DNA of 58,635 nucleotides, filler included, from an uncultured virus (IMG/VR IMGVR_UViG_2049941000_000260) (11 parts of one record of this genome joined end to end with filler, not necessarily neighbours in it); one strand, 5' to 3'; numbered from the whole stretch's first letter, positions 18,580 to 27,968 are shown. Program-made: numbers and translations. Notes: a model not told the origin generated them from the sequence alone.

Positions 18580-18824
18580 TTTGTTTGTGTCCTAAGGGTC
18601 TTTGTTTCACAAGGTGCAAGTGTTTTACGCCAACCATTTATTGAAGTCAATAGATACGCAAAGAAGAGGAACCCCTGCGCATAATCTTTCTTAATCAAAT
18701 TCAAACAGCAAAGTGTTAAGTTTGTAAATGTCCATATCTGAAAACTTAACAAATAGAAGCCGTATGAATTAAGTACAGCCCCGCCAAGGGCTATGAATAC
18801 AACAAGCCACGCAAAAAGTTCCAT
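18531..18824 (-). CDS. PnuC-like three-TM membrane protein
   Basis: W...LN...FQIW...N...YAQ..LF..YL..SI.GW pattern; allele at 19954-20192. Confidence 0.6.
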   Translation of the reverse strand: MELFAWLVVFIALGGAVLNSYGFYLLSFQIWTFTNLTLCCLNLIKKDYAQGFLFFAYLLTSINGWRKTLAPCETKTLRTQTKCSKSCRKSNKPRSLN

Positions 18825-18930
18825 ATACTAATTGTATGAAAACAATGATAGAAAAGCAAGACATATTTTCTTGCCTAAGAAAAAAATTATGTAATCGACA
18901 AAAATCCCATTTTCTGCTACATTTGTCCTT

Positions 18931-19272
18931 ATGACAAAATATGTAGATGACACAGACGACTTGGCGCCTGAACCTAGATTGAGCAAATTCCTCAAACTGT
19001 ACCCAAAAATCAATTACACATTAATTCTTGTGCATGACGCATGGCTTGAACTTAAAGAATCTGGTTTTTGCGACAGAGATTACGAACTTCGCGACTTGAA
19101 AGAGTTTGAAGATGGAATTAAAGCCTATCGCGATTATGTAGCCTATATTGAAGACATCGGCGTTTCTGCACATGCTTTTGATGACGATGGTATTTTTGCG
19201 GATGAAGAAAGACTTGCTAAAATCTTCAGGCTAGAAAATACACAAGATAAATACGACAAAATGACAGAAAAA
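18931..19272 (+). CDS. hypothetical accessory protein (3' truncated)
   Basis: Open frame preceded by a sigma70-like promoter. Confidence 0.6.
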
Positions 19273-19555
19273 NNNNNNNNNNTTGAAAAAACAAAAGAAA
19301 AACTTGCTTGCGTTTTTTGCAATACAACATTATGATCAAGGGCGGTTTCTTTTTGCTGTTTTTCTTTTTTTTTGCGATGTAAAAAGCTTTAGCTTTTGGC
19401 TTAGCAACTACCGCTTAGGCTTGCCATAAAGCGGGCTTAGGGTAAAAAATTATGCCTGTTTTTATTAAGCTTTATTAAGGTTAAATGGCTTTATAAAAAA
19501 CCCTGAAAACCTGATTTGGCTTGCTTTTAAACGTCAAAAAAGGCAATTTGTATTT

Positions 19556-19759
19556 ATGGATGTTAATGATTTAAGTGTTTTAAGGTTGTCGATCAATAAT
19601 ATAAAGCATCAGGCAAAACAAGCCGCAAGCAATTTTAAGCGTACCGATATGGATCAATATAATCGGCAATGCCAAATTAATAGCGGGATTAACCGCATGC
19701 GGATCATATGGCGCAACATTGCAAGCATTGAAAAGGTTCTTGCTAAAGCATCAAAATGA
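19556..19759 (+). CDS. hypothetical accessory protein
   Basis: 67-aa ORF convergent on terS. Confidence 0.45.
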   Translation: MDVNDLSVLRLSINNIKHQAKQAASNFKRTDMDQYNRQCQINSGINRMRIIWRNIASIEKVLAKASK

Positions 19760-19790
19760 TTGAACTGTAAAGACTTATAGCGCCCAAAAC

Positions 19791-19942
19791 TCAAAACCCG
19801 CTTGTATTCTTCTTTTCTTCTAGTCTTTGGATGATGTTATTGAGATCCTCTACTTTCATGGTTGTTTTAACATCGGCTTCACAAGTAATTTCTTTTGGTG
19901 GATTTACTTTTTCGTTCAATTGAGACCTCATGTATATGGTCA
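19791..19942 (-). CDS. terminase small subunit-like C-terminal fragment
   Basis: Same C-terminus as 20863-21300. Confidence 0.5.
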
Positions 19943-19953
19943 ANNNNNNNNNN

Positions 19954-20192
19954 CGTGTCCTAAGGGTCTTTGTTTCGCAAGGTGCAAGTGTTTTACGCCA
20001 ACCGTTAATTGATGTCAATAGATACGCAAAGAAAAGGAAACTTTGCGCATAATCTCCTTTTGCAAGATTCAAACAGCAAAGTATGAAATTTGTCAGAGTC
20101 CATATTTGGAAGCTCAACAAATAGAAGCCGTAAGAATTAAGTATAGCCCCTCCTAAGGCTGTACATACAACAAGCCACGCAAAAAGTTCCAT
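19954..20192 (-). CDS. PnuC-like membrane protein allele
   Basis: Near-identical to 18531-18824. Confidence 0.6.
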
Positions 20193-20274
20193 ATTAAAAA
20201 TACTATAAAACTTTCAATTCAAAAGCAAGACATATTTGCTTGCCTAAGAAAATTATTTTTTGTACCATTAACAC

Positions 20275-20484
20275 ATGGACACTAGATTGTTTAAGTACCT
20301 ATTAACGGTTAAAAATCAAGCTCAAAGCACTCTCATAAAGTTAGATAAAATTGAGAAAGAATTCACTAAAGAAAATTTTACAGAAAAACTCCAAGACGTT
20401 AAAGCCCTTGTAAAATCCTTAAGAATAAGGGTATTACAAGTCTTTGACGCCATAACTCAGGATTTAATAGAAAAAACCAAATAA
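20275..20484 (+). CDS. small helical hypothetical protein
   Basis: First of three tightly coupled ORFs after a TTGCCT-17-TACCAT promoter. Confidence 0.6.
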   Translation: MDTRLFKYLLTVKNQAQSTLIKLDKIEKEFTKENFTEKLQDVKALVKSLRIRVLQVFDAITQDLIEKTK

Positions 20485-20485
20485 T

Positions 20486-20716
20486 ATGGACGACTCATAC
20501 GAACAAAAACTCGCTTATATCGAACAAGCTCTCAGAGATCTTCAAGAGGACTTCTATCATATCTCTCAAGACTTTGTAAAACTTTTTGAGACCAACAGCA
20601 TAACCGATGAACAAAAAACCTTTCTAAAGGACTTTGTTGACTTCTTAGACACAGCTCACACGCTTCAGGAGGGTGTGAATGAGTTTTTCATTCAATGTAT
20701 TAAAGATCGGTGCTAA
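20486..20716 (+). CDS. small acidic helical hypothetical protein
   Basis: Starts 1 nt after the previous stop. Confidence 0.6.
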   Translation: MDDSYEQKLAYIEQALRDLQEDFYHISQDFVKLFETNSITDEQKTFLKDFVDFLDTAHTLQEGVNEFFIQCIKDRC

Positions 20717-20851
20717 ATGACCGACACTGATCCCGTTCAATACATTTTTGACGAGATTGAAAAATCTAAACAAAAGCTTGAAAAACAACTTCAAGCATTG
20801 TTAGATTTTCAACAGCAATTAAACGATTATTTGATCGGTAAAGACTTATAG
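20717..20851 (+). CDS. 44-aa coiled-coil hypothetical protein (not in ORF track)
   Basis: MTDTDPVQYIFDEIEKSKQKLEKQLQALL..., abuts the previous stop. Confidence 0.5.
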   Translation: MTDTDPVQYIFDEIEKSKQKLEKQLQALLDFQQQLNDYLIGKDL

Positions 20852-20862
20852 CGCCCAAAAAA

Positions 20863-21300
20863 TCAAAATCCGCTTGTGTTCTTCTTTTCTTCAAGCCTCT
20901 GAATAATGTTGTTCAAATCCTCAACCTTCATGGTTGTTTTTACATCAGCTTCGCAAGTAATCTCTTTTGGTGGATTTACTTTTTTGTTTAATTGTGACCA
21001 TTGCAGGCAGGACCACAAATCTCTATTCATTTTCCCAGACATTGCGTAATTATCTAAGAAATCCTCACGTAGTTGTCGAAATTTTTCGTAACACTCGCAA
21101 AAATGTTCCTGCTTGTATTGACCGTCGTAGCCATTACCTAACCACGCAGAAAAAAGCTTGTCGTTCAGCCCATGTTTTGCACACACATAAGAGCAAGGGT
21201 TTCCAATTCGTTTGGCTTCTTTAATTAAATCTTTTCCTATTTCTTCGTCGTAATTTTTAAAAACAGGTATTTTTTTCTGTTCGTTTTTCTTAGTGCCCAT
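20863..21300 (-). CDS. putative terminase small subunit
   Basis: 145 aa with an N-terminal HTH-like segment, central helices and a C-terminal beta strand; conserved copy at 58330-58635. Confidence 0.5.
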   Translation of the reverse strand: MGTKKNEQKKIPVFKNYDEEIGKDLIKEAKRIGNPCSYVCAKHGLNDKLFSAWLGNGYDGQYKQEHFCECYEKFRQLREDFLDNYAMSGKMNRDLWSCLQWSQLNKKVNPPKEITCEADVKTTMKVEDLNNIIQRLEEKKNTSGF

Positions 21301-21325
21301 GCCTAAATTATGACANNNNNNNNNN

Positions 21326-21361
21326 GATTAAAAAACCCCCTAATGCGACAACACTAGGGGG
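21326..21361 (-). terminator. intrinsic terminator-like hairpin
   Basis: CCCCCTA-N12-TAGGGGG with a T-tract on the minus strand. Confidence 0.5.
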
Positions 21362-21437
21362 AGAAAGAAAAGCTAAATGCAAAAATAGCTTTTCAAACAA
21401 ACAAACTAAAAGGAAAAAAATAGAAAGAAAAGAAAAA

Positions 21438-21944
21438 ATGCAACAAATAGAAATCGAAGGATTCGAAAACCTTGAGGAAGCGCTCAAGCATGAACCTGAA
21501 AATATTAAGCAAATCATCACTGATTTTGTTAAAGAAACGCTAGAACAATACAAGGATGCAATGTTCGCAACGGGGTTAAAACGTAGAGGCACCGTTGATT
21601 TAGATGACGATTTAGTACGTTGTGACTTTGTTTTGCCTGACTTAATACGTTGGGGAAGCTACAAGAGCTTTGGTTTAAGATATTATTCTTTTGATGCAAA
21701 AATCAGTACACATTACGGCAAAGAATGGGTTATTGGTTTATCGGTCATATGCAATGAAAGTATATATGATAGATTCTGTGCTACACTAAATAGCGGTGAA
21801 AAGGTAATAGCGTATAACTGGGCTGAACCGTTAGCAATTAGAATTGATGAAGTTAATGAGTTTGGTTCTTACACATGGAAGACGGTTGATGAAAAAGAAG
21901 CCATATTAAATGAAGCATTAAAAGAGCAGGGGGTTGAGTTATGA
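21438..21944 (+). CDS. hypothetical early protein
   Basis: Divergent homolog at 56719-57198 shares STHYGK and NWxEP. Confidence 0.7.
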   Translation: MQQIEIEGFENLEEALKHEPENIKQIITDFVKETLEQYKDAMFATGLKRRGTVDLDDDLVRCDFVLPDLIRWGSYKSFGLRYYSFDAKISTHYGKEWVIGLSVICNESIYDRFCATLNSGEKVIAYNWAEPLAIRIDEVNEFGSYTWKTVDEKEAILNEALKEQGVEL

Positions 21945-22420
21945 GCGCATATAGTTTGGCATTAGATTGTAAATTAGAGGGGCGTGTTAGAACCCCTCTG
22001 TCAGAGTTGGTAGAATATTATCGCAATGAAGAAGATTATGAGTTATTTTTATTAAAACAAGAAAAGGACACTAAGATGTTTAACGAACTTAATAAAGACC
22101 TTGAGAGATCGGGTTATTCATTAGATGAAAGAAATAGATGTATTAATTTTGTGGAAAAGCAGGTCAATTGTCCAAGCTCCCAACTGAATACGGAAGACGA
22201 AGTTTTTACATGCGTTGATATATCTAGCGATGAAGAGCTTGACTTAGACAATGGCGTGATCAGAACAACGGTGTATATGACGTTTGAGACAAAAGACGGA
22301 CGTTGGTTTGATGTAGAAATGACGCAAGAAAACGAGGCTGTAAAGGAAACAGATAGCGGTTTTTTAGATGGCTATTATCCTGGAAAGAGAACTTTTTTAG
22401 ACATTGAACTTAAGAAATAA
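21941..22420 (+). CDS. acidic hypothetical protein
   Basis: ATGA-coupled; N-terminus resembles 56585-56707. Confidence 0.65.
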   Translation: MSAYSLALDCKLEGRVRTPLSELVEYYRNEEDYELFLLKQEKDTKMFNELNKDLERSGYSLDERNRCINFVEKQVNCPSSQLNTEDEVFTCVDISSDEELDLDNGVIRTTVYMTFETKDGRWFDVEMTQENEAVKETDSGFLDGYYPGKRTFLDIELKK

Positions 22421-22428
22421 GGAAAAAT

Positions 22429-22758
22429 ATGAACAAATTAATTGTTTTAGGAAAGATATATAAAAACGGCTCATTGGCCACATCAAAGAACGGTAAGTCA
22501 TATATAGGCTTTACCATTATTGATAGCAGAAAAACCATTGAAGAAAGCATAAAATTCAGAGGCGTTGCTTTTGAATATCAAGCGAAACACATAGACGAAT
22601 GGTGTCAGGATGGCGATCGCGTTTTGGCTATTGGAACAATGGAAAAAGACACAAAAACAAACTCTTTTAAATTTACGCTAAATGAGTTTACGCGCATTGA
22701 ACCAAAAGAAGCTAAAACAGAAACATTAAAAACAGAACCAGAGGAGGACATATTCTAA
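22429..22758 (+). CDS. single-stranded DNA-binding protein-like
   Basis: MNKLIVLG start, OB-fold-like strands, GDRVLAIG, acidic tail ending EEDIF. Confidence 0.7.
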   Translation: MNKLIVLGKIYKNGSLATSKNGKSYIGFTIIDSRKTIEESIKFRGVAFEYQAKHIDEWCQDGDRVLAIGTMEKDTKTNSFKFTLNEFTRIEPKEAKTETLKTEPEEDIF

Positions 22759-22891
22759 AAACAGAGAGGGCAGGCCACTTGCATTAACCTACCCGTTAGG
22801 ACACTAATGAACGGAATGATAACGAACAAACAAACCGCTCGTGTTAGTGTTTATATGGGAAAACAATTTAAATAGAAAGTCAACAAAATAT

Positions 22892-23698
22892 ATGAATATA
22901 TTCGAAATATTAGACTCAAATGAGTTCAAAGAAAGACTGAGTTCGGTAATGCTAGAGCCACGAAAACTTGAAAGGTTTTTGGCTATAGCAAAAACGGAAC
23001 TCAGAAACAATCCCAGAATAGCAAGTTGCGAAATTAAAAGCTTATGCGGTGCGATTGTTCAAGCTGCGCAATTTGGTTTAGAGTTGAGCGGGATGCAAGG
23101 TCACGCATACTTAACCAGCAGGGGAAACGCTTGCCAGTTGATCATTGGATATAAAGGCATGCTTGCATTAGGTTATCGAAGCGAGAAATTGTTATCGCTT
23201 GAGGTTCAGAAGGTATGTAAGAATGATATGTTCAAACGTCGTCATGGTGACAACAAAGGTCTTGAGCATGAACCAAACGACAAAGAAGATAGAGGCGAAG
23301 TTATTGGATATTATGCCTATGCTCATTTGGCAAATCATGACAAGGCATTTGAGTATATGAGCATGGATGATATTGAAAAGCTTAAGAAAGAAGCTCATGT
23401 AGTCACTACGCCAAACTCGCCATGGGTAAAATTTGAAGAAGCCATGTGCAAAAAGACCGTGATCAGGCAATTATTTAAGTACTTAAGCTTGAGTGCTGAA
23501 ATGGATAGGGCAATTGGATTGGATGAAATGGCGGACGCAGGAGTTCAGTCGGATGCTCTAAGCAAGATTGGTGCCGATTTCGTCAAAAATGATGAAAATA
23601 TGACGGAAGCGCCGTCAAAAACACCGGAAGTATTACCTGAGGGTTGGTCTAGAGTCAATGAGGTCAAGGAAGAATCTGAACAACAAGACTTGCTATAA
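22892..23698 (+). CDS. recT: RecT-family single-strand annealing protein
   Basis: SLCGAIVQAAQFGL...GHAYL...QLIIGYKGM...SPW...EAMCKKTVIRQLFKY. Confidence 0.93.
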   Translation: MNIFEILDSNEFKERLSSVMLEPRKLERFLAIAKTELRNNPRIASCEIKSLCGAIVQAAQFGLELSGMQGHAYLTSRGNACQLIIGYKGMLALGYRSEKLLSLEVQKVCKNDMFKRRHGDNKGLEHEPNDKEDRGEVIGYYAYAHLANHDKAFEYMSMDDIEKLKKEAHVVTTPNSPWVKFEEAMCKKTVIRQLFKYLSLSAEMDRAIGLDEMADAGVQSDALSKIGADFVKNDENMTEAPSKTPEVLPEGWSRVNEVKEESEQQDLL

Positions 23699-23724
23699 AA
23701 AGAAAGGGGGTTTTTTAACCCCCT
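23696..23724 (-). terminator. intrinsic terminator oriented antisense to recT
   Basis: AGGGGGTT/AACCCCCT stem (23705-23724) with TTCTTTTT on the minus strand; conserved at 55977-56005. Confidence 0.65.
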
Positions 23725-23891
23725 AACATGAGAACTTACCTTCAAAAACTTATGTTCGATTTAATTAAATAACAAAATGGAAACGATGTCAAAATATTTT
23801 GTTCTCGACAATAGGAAATGTTTTTGGCAAAGTGGTATCTATAGAAAGGCTAAAAGACATGGAATTAACCATGCCTTTTTANNNNNNNNNN

Positions 23892-24491
23892 AGTCATGTT
23901 AGAGCCACGAAAGCTTGAAAGGTTTTTGGCGATAGCAAAAACGGAGCTCAGAAACAACCCAAGAATAGCAAGTTGTGAAATTAAAAGCCTATGCGGTGCG
24001 ATCGTTCAAGCGGCGCAATTTGGCTTAGAGTTGAGCAACATGCAAGGTCACGCATACTTAACCAGCAGGGGAAATGCTTGCCAGTTGATCATAGGATATA
24101 AGGGTATGCTTGCATTGGGTTATCGAAGCGAGAAATTGTTATCGCTTGAGGTTCAGAAAGTATGTAAGAACGATATGTTCAAACGTCGTCATGGTGATAA
24201 TAAAGGGCTTGAGCATGAACCAAACGACAAAGAAGACAGAGGTGAAGTCATTGGATATTATGCATATGCTCATTTGGTAAATCATGATAAGGCATTTGAA
24301 TATATGAGCATGTATGATATTGAAAAGCTTAAGAAAGAAGCTCATGTAGTCACTACGCCAAACTCGCCATGGGTAAAGTTTGAAGAAGCCATGTGCAAAA
24401 AGACCGTGATTAGACAATTGTTCAAATACTTAAGCTTGAGCGCTGAAATGGATAGGGCAATTGGATTGGATGAAATGGCGGACGCAGGAGT
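23892..24491 (+). CDS. recT: RecT allele fragment
   Basis: Near-identical protein to 22892-23698. Confidence 0.9.
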
Positions 24492-24566
24492 NNNNNNNNN
24501 NGAGGAACTTTTTAAAACATGCTTCAAAAACTCTGCAACGAATTAAAAATTTAGAGGACACTATCA

Positions 24567-25012
24567 ATGGAAAAGATCGTAGAGAACATCAAGAAGAGAT
24601 ATAATAAGGCTAAAGGCGGAGCTGAAACCTTTTTTTCAATGTACAAAAGAGCATATGAATTGTGTGCTCCTAACTACAATAATACTCAGCCGGGTGCTTA
24701 TCATGGTCAAACGGGTCAGCCGAATGTCTATGATTCAACTGTTTCCAGAGCAGCCGATGCATTCGTAAATACTTTTGTGTCTACAATCTGTCCTCCGCAG
24801 ACTCGTTGGATGGAATTATCTCCATCCGATGAGCTCGTGGAGTATTTGGCAAAGCAATCTACTAATACTTGGGATATGATGTCTGAAGCCGAACAGAAGC
24901 AAGTAATTCAAGAAATTGATGAAAAGCTTACGGCAGAATATCAGAAGATCACAGATAAATTCTTTAGTGCATTAAATCAATCCAATTTCTATTCTATCAT
25001 AGACCAATTCGC
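24567..25012 (+). CDS. portal protein, N-terminal fragment
   Basis: VYDST..RA...F...ICPP...W...L..SNFY, typical of the T7 gp8/Bbp21 N-terminus. Confidence 0.88.
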
Positions 25013-25022
25013 NNNNNNNNNN

Positions 25023-25295
25023 TATAGGAGAGAATACGCTTATAGGTTCTTTCTGTTATATAGGACACGACGCAAACATAGGAAAGGAATGCATTTTCTT
25101 TCCATATGCTTTTTTGTGTGGATCTGTTACACTAAAGAATAATGTTATTATTTATTCGCACTCGGTTGTGTTTAATGACGTCGTTTTAGAAGATAATTCA
25201 ACTGTTTTTTATAACTCAGTAGTATTTAAGAGCACAGAAAAAGATGGCAAGGTGTTTGGTCAATATGGAGATACACTTAAAGAATACTGCAAAAA
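25023..25295 (+). CDS. LpxD-like acyltransferase fragment
   Basis: IGENTLIGSFCYIGHDANIG..., allele of 8255-8749. Confidence 0.7.
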
Positions 25296-25395
25296 NNNNN
25301 NNNNNNNNNNNNNNNNNNNNNNNNNNNNNNNNNNNNNNNTTAATTAATTAANNNNNNNNNNNNNNNNNNNNNNNNNNNNNNNNNNNNNNNNNNNN

Positions 25396-25810
25396 GGCTA
25401 ACTCGCGTCTCGGTGGTGTTTTCCATGAAAACAATGCATTGGGCGCTTCAACCTACCAAGTAACTCGTTTGGGTTATGGCATTGGATCGATTTCTGTTCC
25501 TGGTGCTGATATCCCGAACATGAACTCAGCCACGTTGCCAACCACGATTTCGTTGGAAAATTGGAATCATGCTGAATATGTTGACTACTTCCAAGCTAGT
25601 GAAGTTAACTGGGATGCTATTGGAAAGTCTGCGACTGAAGTTTGCGCACCTGCTGCAGGACGCCGNNNNNNNNNNCGAAAACAATGCACTGGGAGCTTCA
25701 ACCTACCAAGTAACTCGTTTGGGTTATGGCATTGGTTCGATTTCTGTTCCTGGTGCTGACATCCCGAACATGAACTCAGCCACGTTGCCAACCACGATTT
25801 CGTTGGAAAA
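25396..25810 (+). CDS. major capsid protein N-terminal region, two allele fragments separated by a gap
   Basis: SRLGGVFHENNALGASTYQVTRLG...ENWNHAEYVDYF...AAGRR; 25676-25810 repeats 25425-25560. Confidence 0.7.
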
Positions 25811-25820
25811 NNNNNNNNNN

Positions 25821-26478
25821 TGTGGAGTATTTGGCAAAACAATCTACCAACACTTGGGATATGATGTCTGAAGCCGAACAGAAGCAAATCATTCAAGAGA
25901 TTGATGAAAAGCTTACTGCAGAATATCAGAAGATCACAGACAAATTCTTTAGTGCATTAAACCAATCCAATTTCTATTCTATCATAGACCAATTCGCCCA
26001 TGACATATTTGTTGGCATGGGTTGCTTATTGGTCCAGCATAGTGGTGACTATTTTGATAGTGCTTCTCCATTAGACTTTACGGCGATACCGCCTCTTGAC
26101 ATTGCAGTAGAGTTGTCCCCACAACAAAAGATAACGGCGGTATTCCGTAAACAAAAACTGCGTTATAGCCAGATAGAATATACCTTTCCTGGCTTTGATT
26201 ACTCGGTTTTAGATAGCGATAACAATGCAGAGATGGATTGCGAAATAGAAGTGTTGGAAGCTTGTGTAATTGATCCGCNNNNNNNNNNTTTTCCTGGCTT
26301 TGATTATTCAGTTTTGGATAGCGATAACAATGCAGAGATGGATTGCGAAATAGAAGTATTAGAAGCATGTGTAATTGATCCGCAATTCATTAAAGCAGAA
26401 AATGGCATGACTCGGTTTGTTCGTTGGCATTACATGGTCATATACAATGACAAAATTGCTTTCGAGACTCGACTTGAG
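25821..26478 (+). CDS. portal protein internal fragments
   Basis: Continues 24567-25012; DIFVGMGCL...AVFR. Confidence 0.82.
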
Positions 26479-26533
26479 NNNNNNNNNNTAATGAAATACA
26501 AAATATAATAGACGGCATTAACAACGGAACAAT

Positions 26534-27057
26534 ATGAGCGAAGAAGATTTACAGAATGAAGCAGTAGAAACACAGGAAGCACCAGCCCAAGAGGTTGCTC
26601 GTCCTGACTATGTACCAGAGGAATACTGGGCAAATGGTCAAGTTGATGTTAAGAAGATGACGGATGACTTGGCTATGGATAAGAAGCGAATAGATGATTT
26701 AAGGCGTATTATTTCACAGCCAAAGAAGCCAGAACCGTATGACAAGCTTTTTGAAGACCGTGAATTAAATGATTATCAGAAAGAAGATATGTCTGTTTAT
26801 GTTAAATTAGCAAATAAGATTGGCTTAAGCAAAAAGCAGGCAGAACAGTTATATGATGATTATTCGGCGGTCTTACAAGAGCGTTATCAGAAACAAGTCG
26901 AAGAGTATAGCAAGCAACTTGAAGAAGAGAAAAAGGCTTTTGGTCCTGAGTATCAGAATGTTGTCGATGGCTTAAATGCGTTTGGTTCGAACAAGGTTAA
27001 GTCTGGCGAATGGACTGAACAAATGCAAAAAGATTTCTATGGCATGGCAATGAATAC
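26534..27057 (+). CDS. capsid scaffolding protein, N-terminal part
   Basis: RPDYVPEEYW motif, acidic; follows the Bbp19-like gene end. Confidence 0.7.
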
Positions 27058-27067
27058 NNNNNNNNNN

Positions 27068-27220
27068 TCAGCAGTATGTACGCACCGAGGACTTACCGAC
27101 GTACATATTTGAACAGACCGGTTCTCCTGCAAAACTATTACGTTCAAAGGAAGAGACCGAGCAAGTTCAGCAACAAATGCAACAACAGCAAGCCGCTATG
27201 ATGATGGCTCAAGCAAAATA
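27068..27220 (+). CDS. portal C-terminus (third copy)
   Basis: KLLRSKEETEQVQQQMQQQQAAMMMAQAK*. Confidence 0.8.
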
Positions 27221-27225
27221 ATTTT

Positions 27226-27759
27226 ATGGTATATAGGAAAAAAACACTAGATGAGGCAAATCCAGCACCTGAACAACCTGTGTTGGAAGAGCAGAAAAAT
27301 GAATATCCAATTAAAAAGTTGGTGATCGATAACAATACGCTTCTCTACAAGATAGATGGCGAAATGGTTGACGTTCATATCTACTTGGATGTTGGTTTAA
27401 AATATGAAGATCAGGAAAAGAAGAAGCGTCAAATTCCTGAACTGAAGATGAGCATTGAGCGTGACTATAAGAAGTGCGCAGGAATGACCGTCGATCAGAT
27501 GATGGCTTTGATGTCTGCTGGTTATCGCCCTACAAAGAAGTGGGCGTCTTCATTTGTTACAAAGAAAGATGGCAACACGATCATTCCAAATAATTTCAAT
27601 GAGGCTGTGGATAATCTACAACGATCTTTTAACGAGACTCATGTAGACGTGTTTCATTTTGGTGTAGATTTGGAGATATTAAAGAAGAGCAATATTGCGG
27701 ATATATTTACTCGCGCTTGCAACGGTCAAGTACCGATTGAAGGGCTTAAGACATGGTAA
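27226..27759 (+). CDS. hypothetical protein downstream of portal
   Basis: Intact 177-aa ORF. Confidence 0.7.
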   Translation: MVYRKKTLDEANPAPEQPVLEEQKNEYPIKKLVIDNNTLLYKIDGEMVDVHIYLDVGLKYEDQEKKKRQIPELKMSIERDYKKCAGMTVDQMMALMSAGYRPTKKWASSFVTKKDGNTIIPNNFNEAVDNLQRSFNETHVDVFHFGVDLEILKKSNIADIFTRACNGQVPIEGLKTW

Positions 27760-27958
27760 CAATATTCAATGAGGAAACTGAGCAAGATAGGTTGACTAGA
27801 GAGAAGTATTTGGGTGAGATGAAGTCTGTTCGGAATTTGTTCTCAACCGAAGAAGGTAAAAGAGTATTGGAGATTCTGAGGAAGAGAAACACACAAACAT
27901 CATTTGACGCAACCAATCCAAGCGAGAGAGCACTCTATCAGCAAGGAAAGATAGATGC
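27753..27958 (+). CDS. Bbp19-like phage protein (partial)
   Basis: LFSTEEGKRVLEIL...ALYQQG; position between portal and scaffold. Confidence 0.65.
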
Positions 27959-27968
27959 NNNNNNNNNN

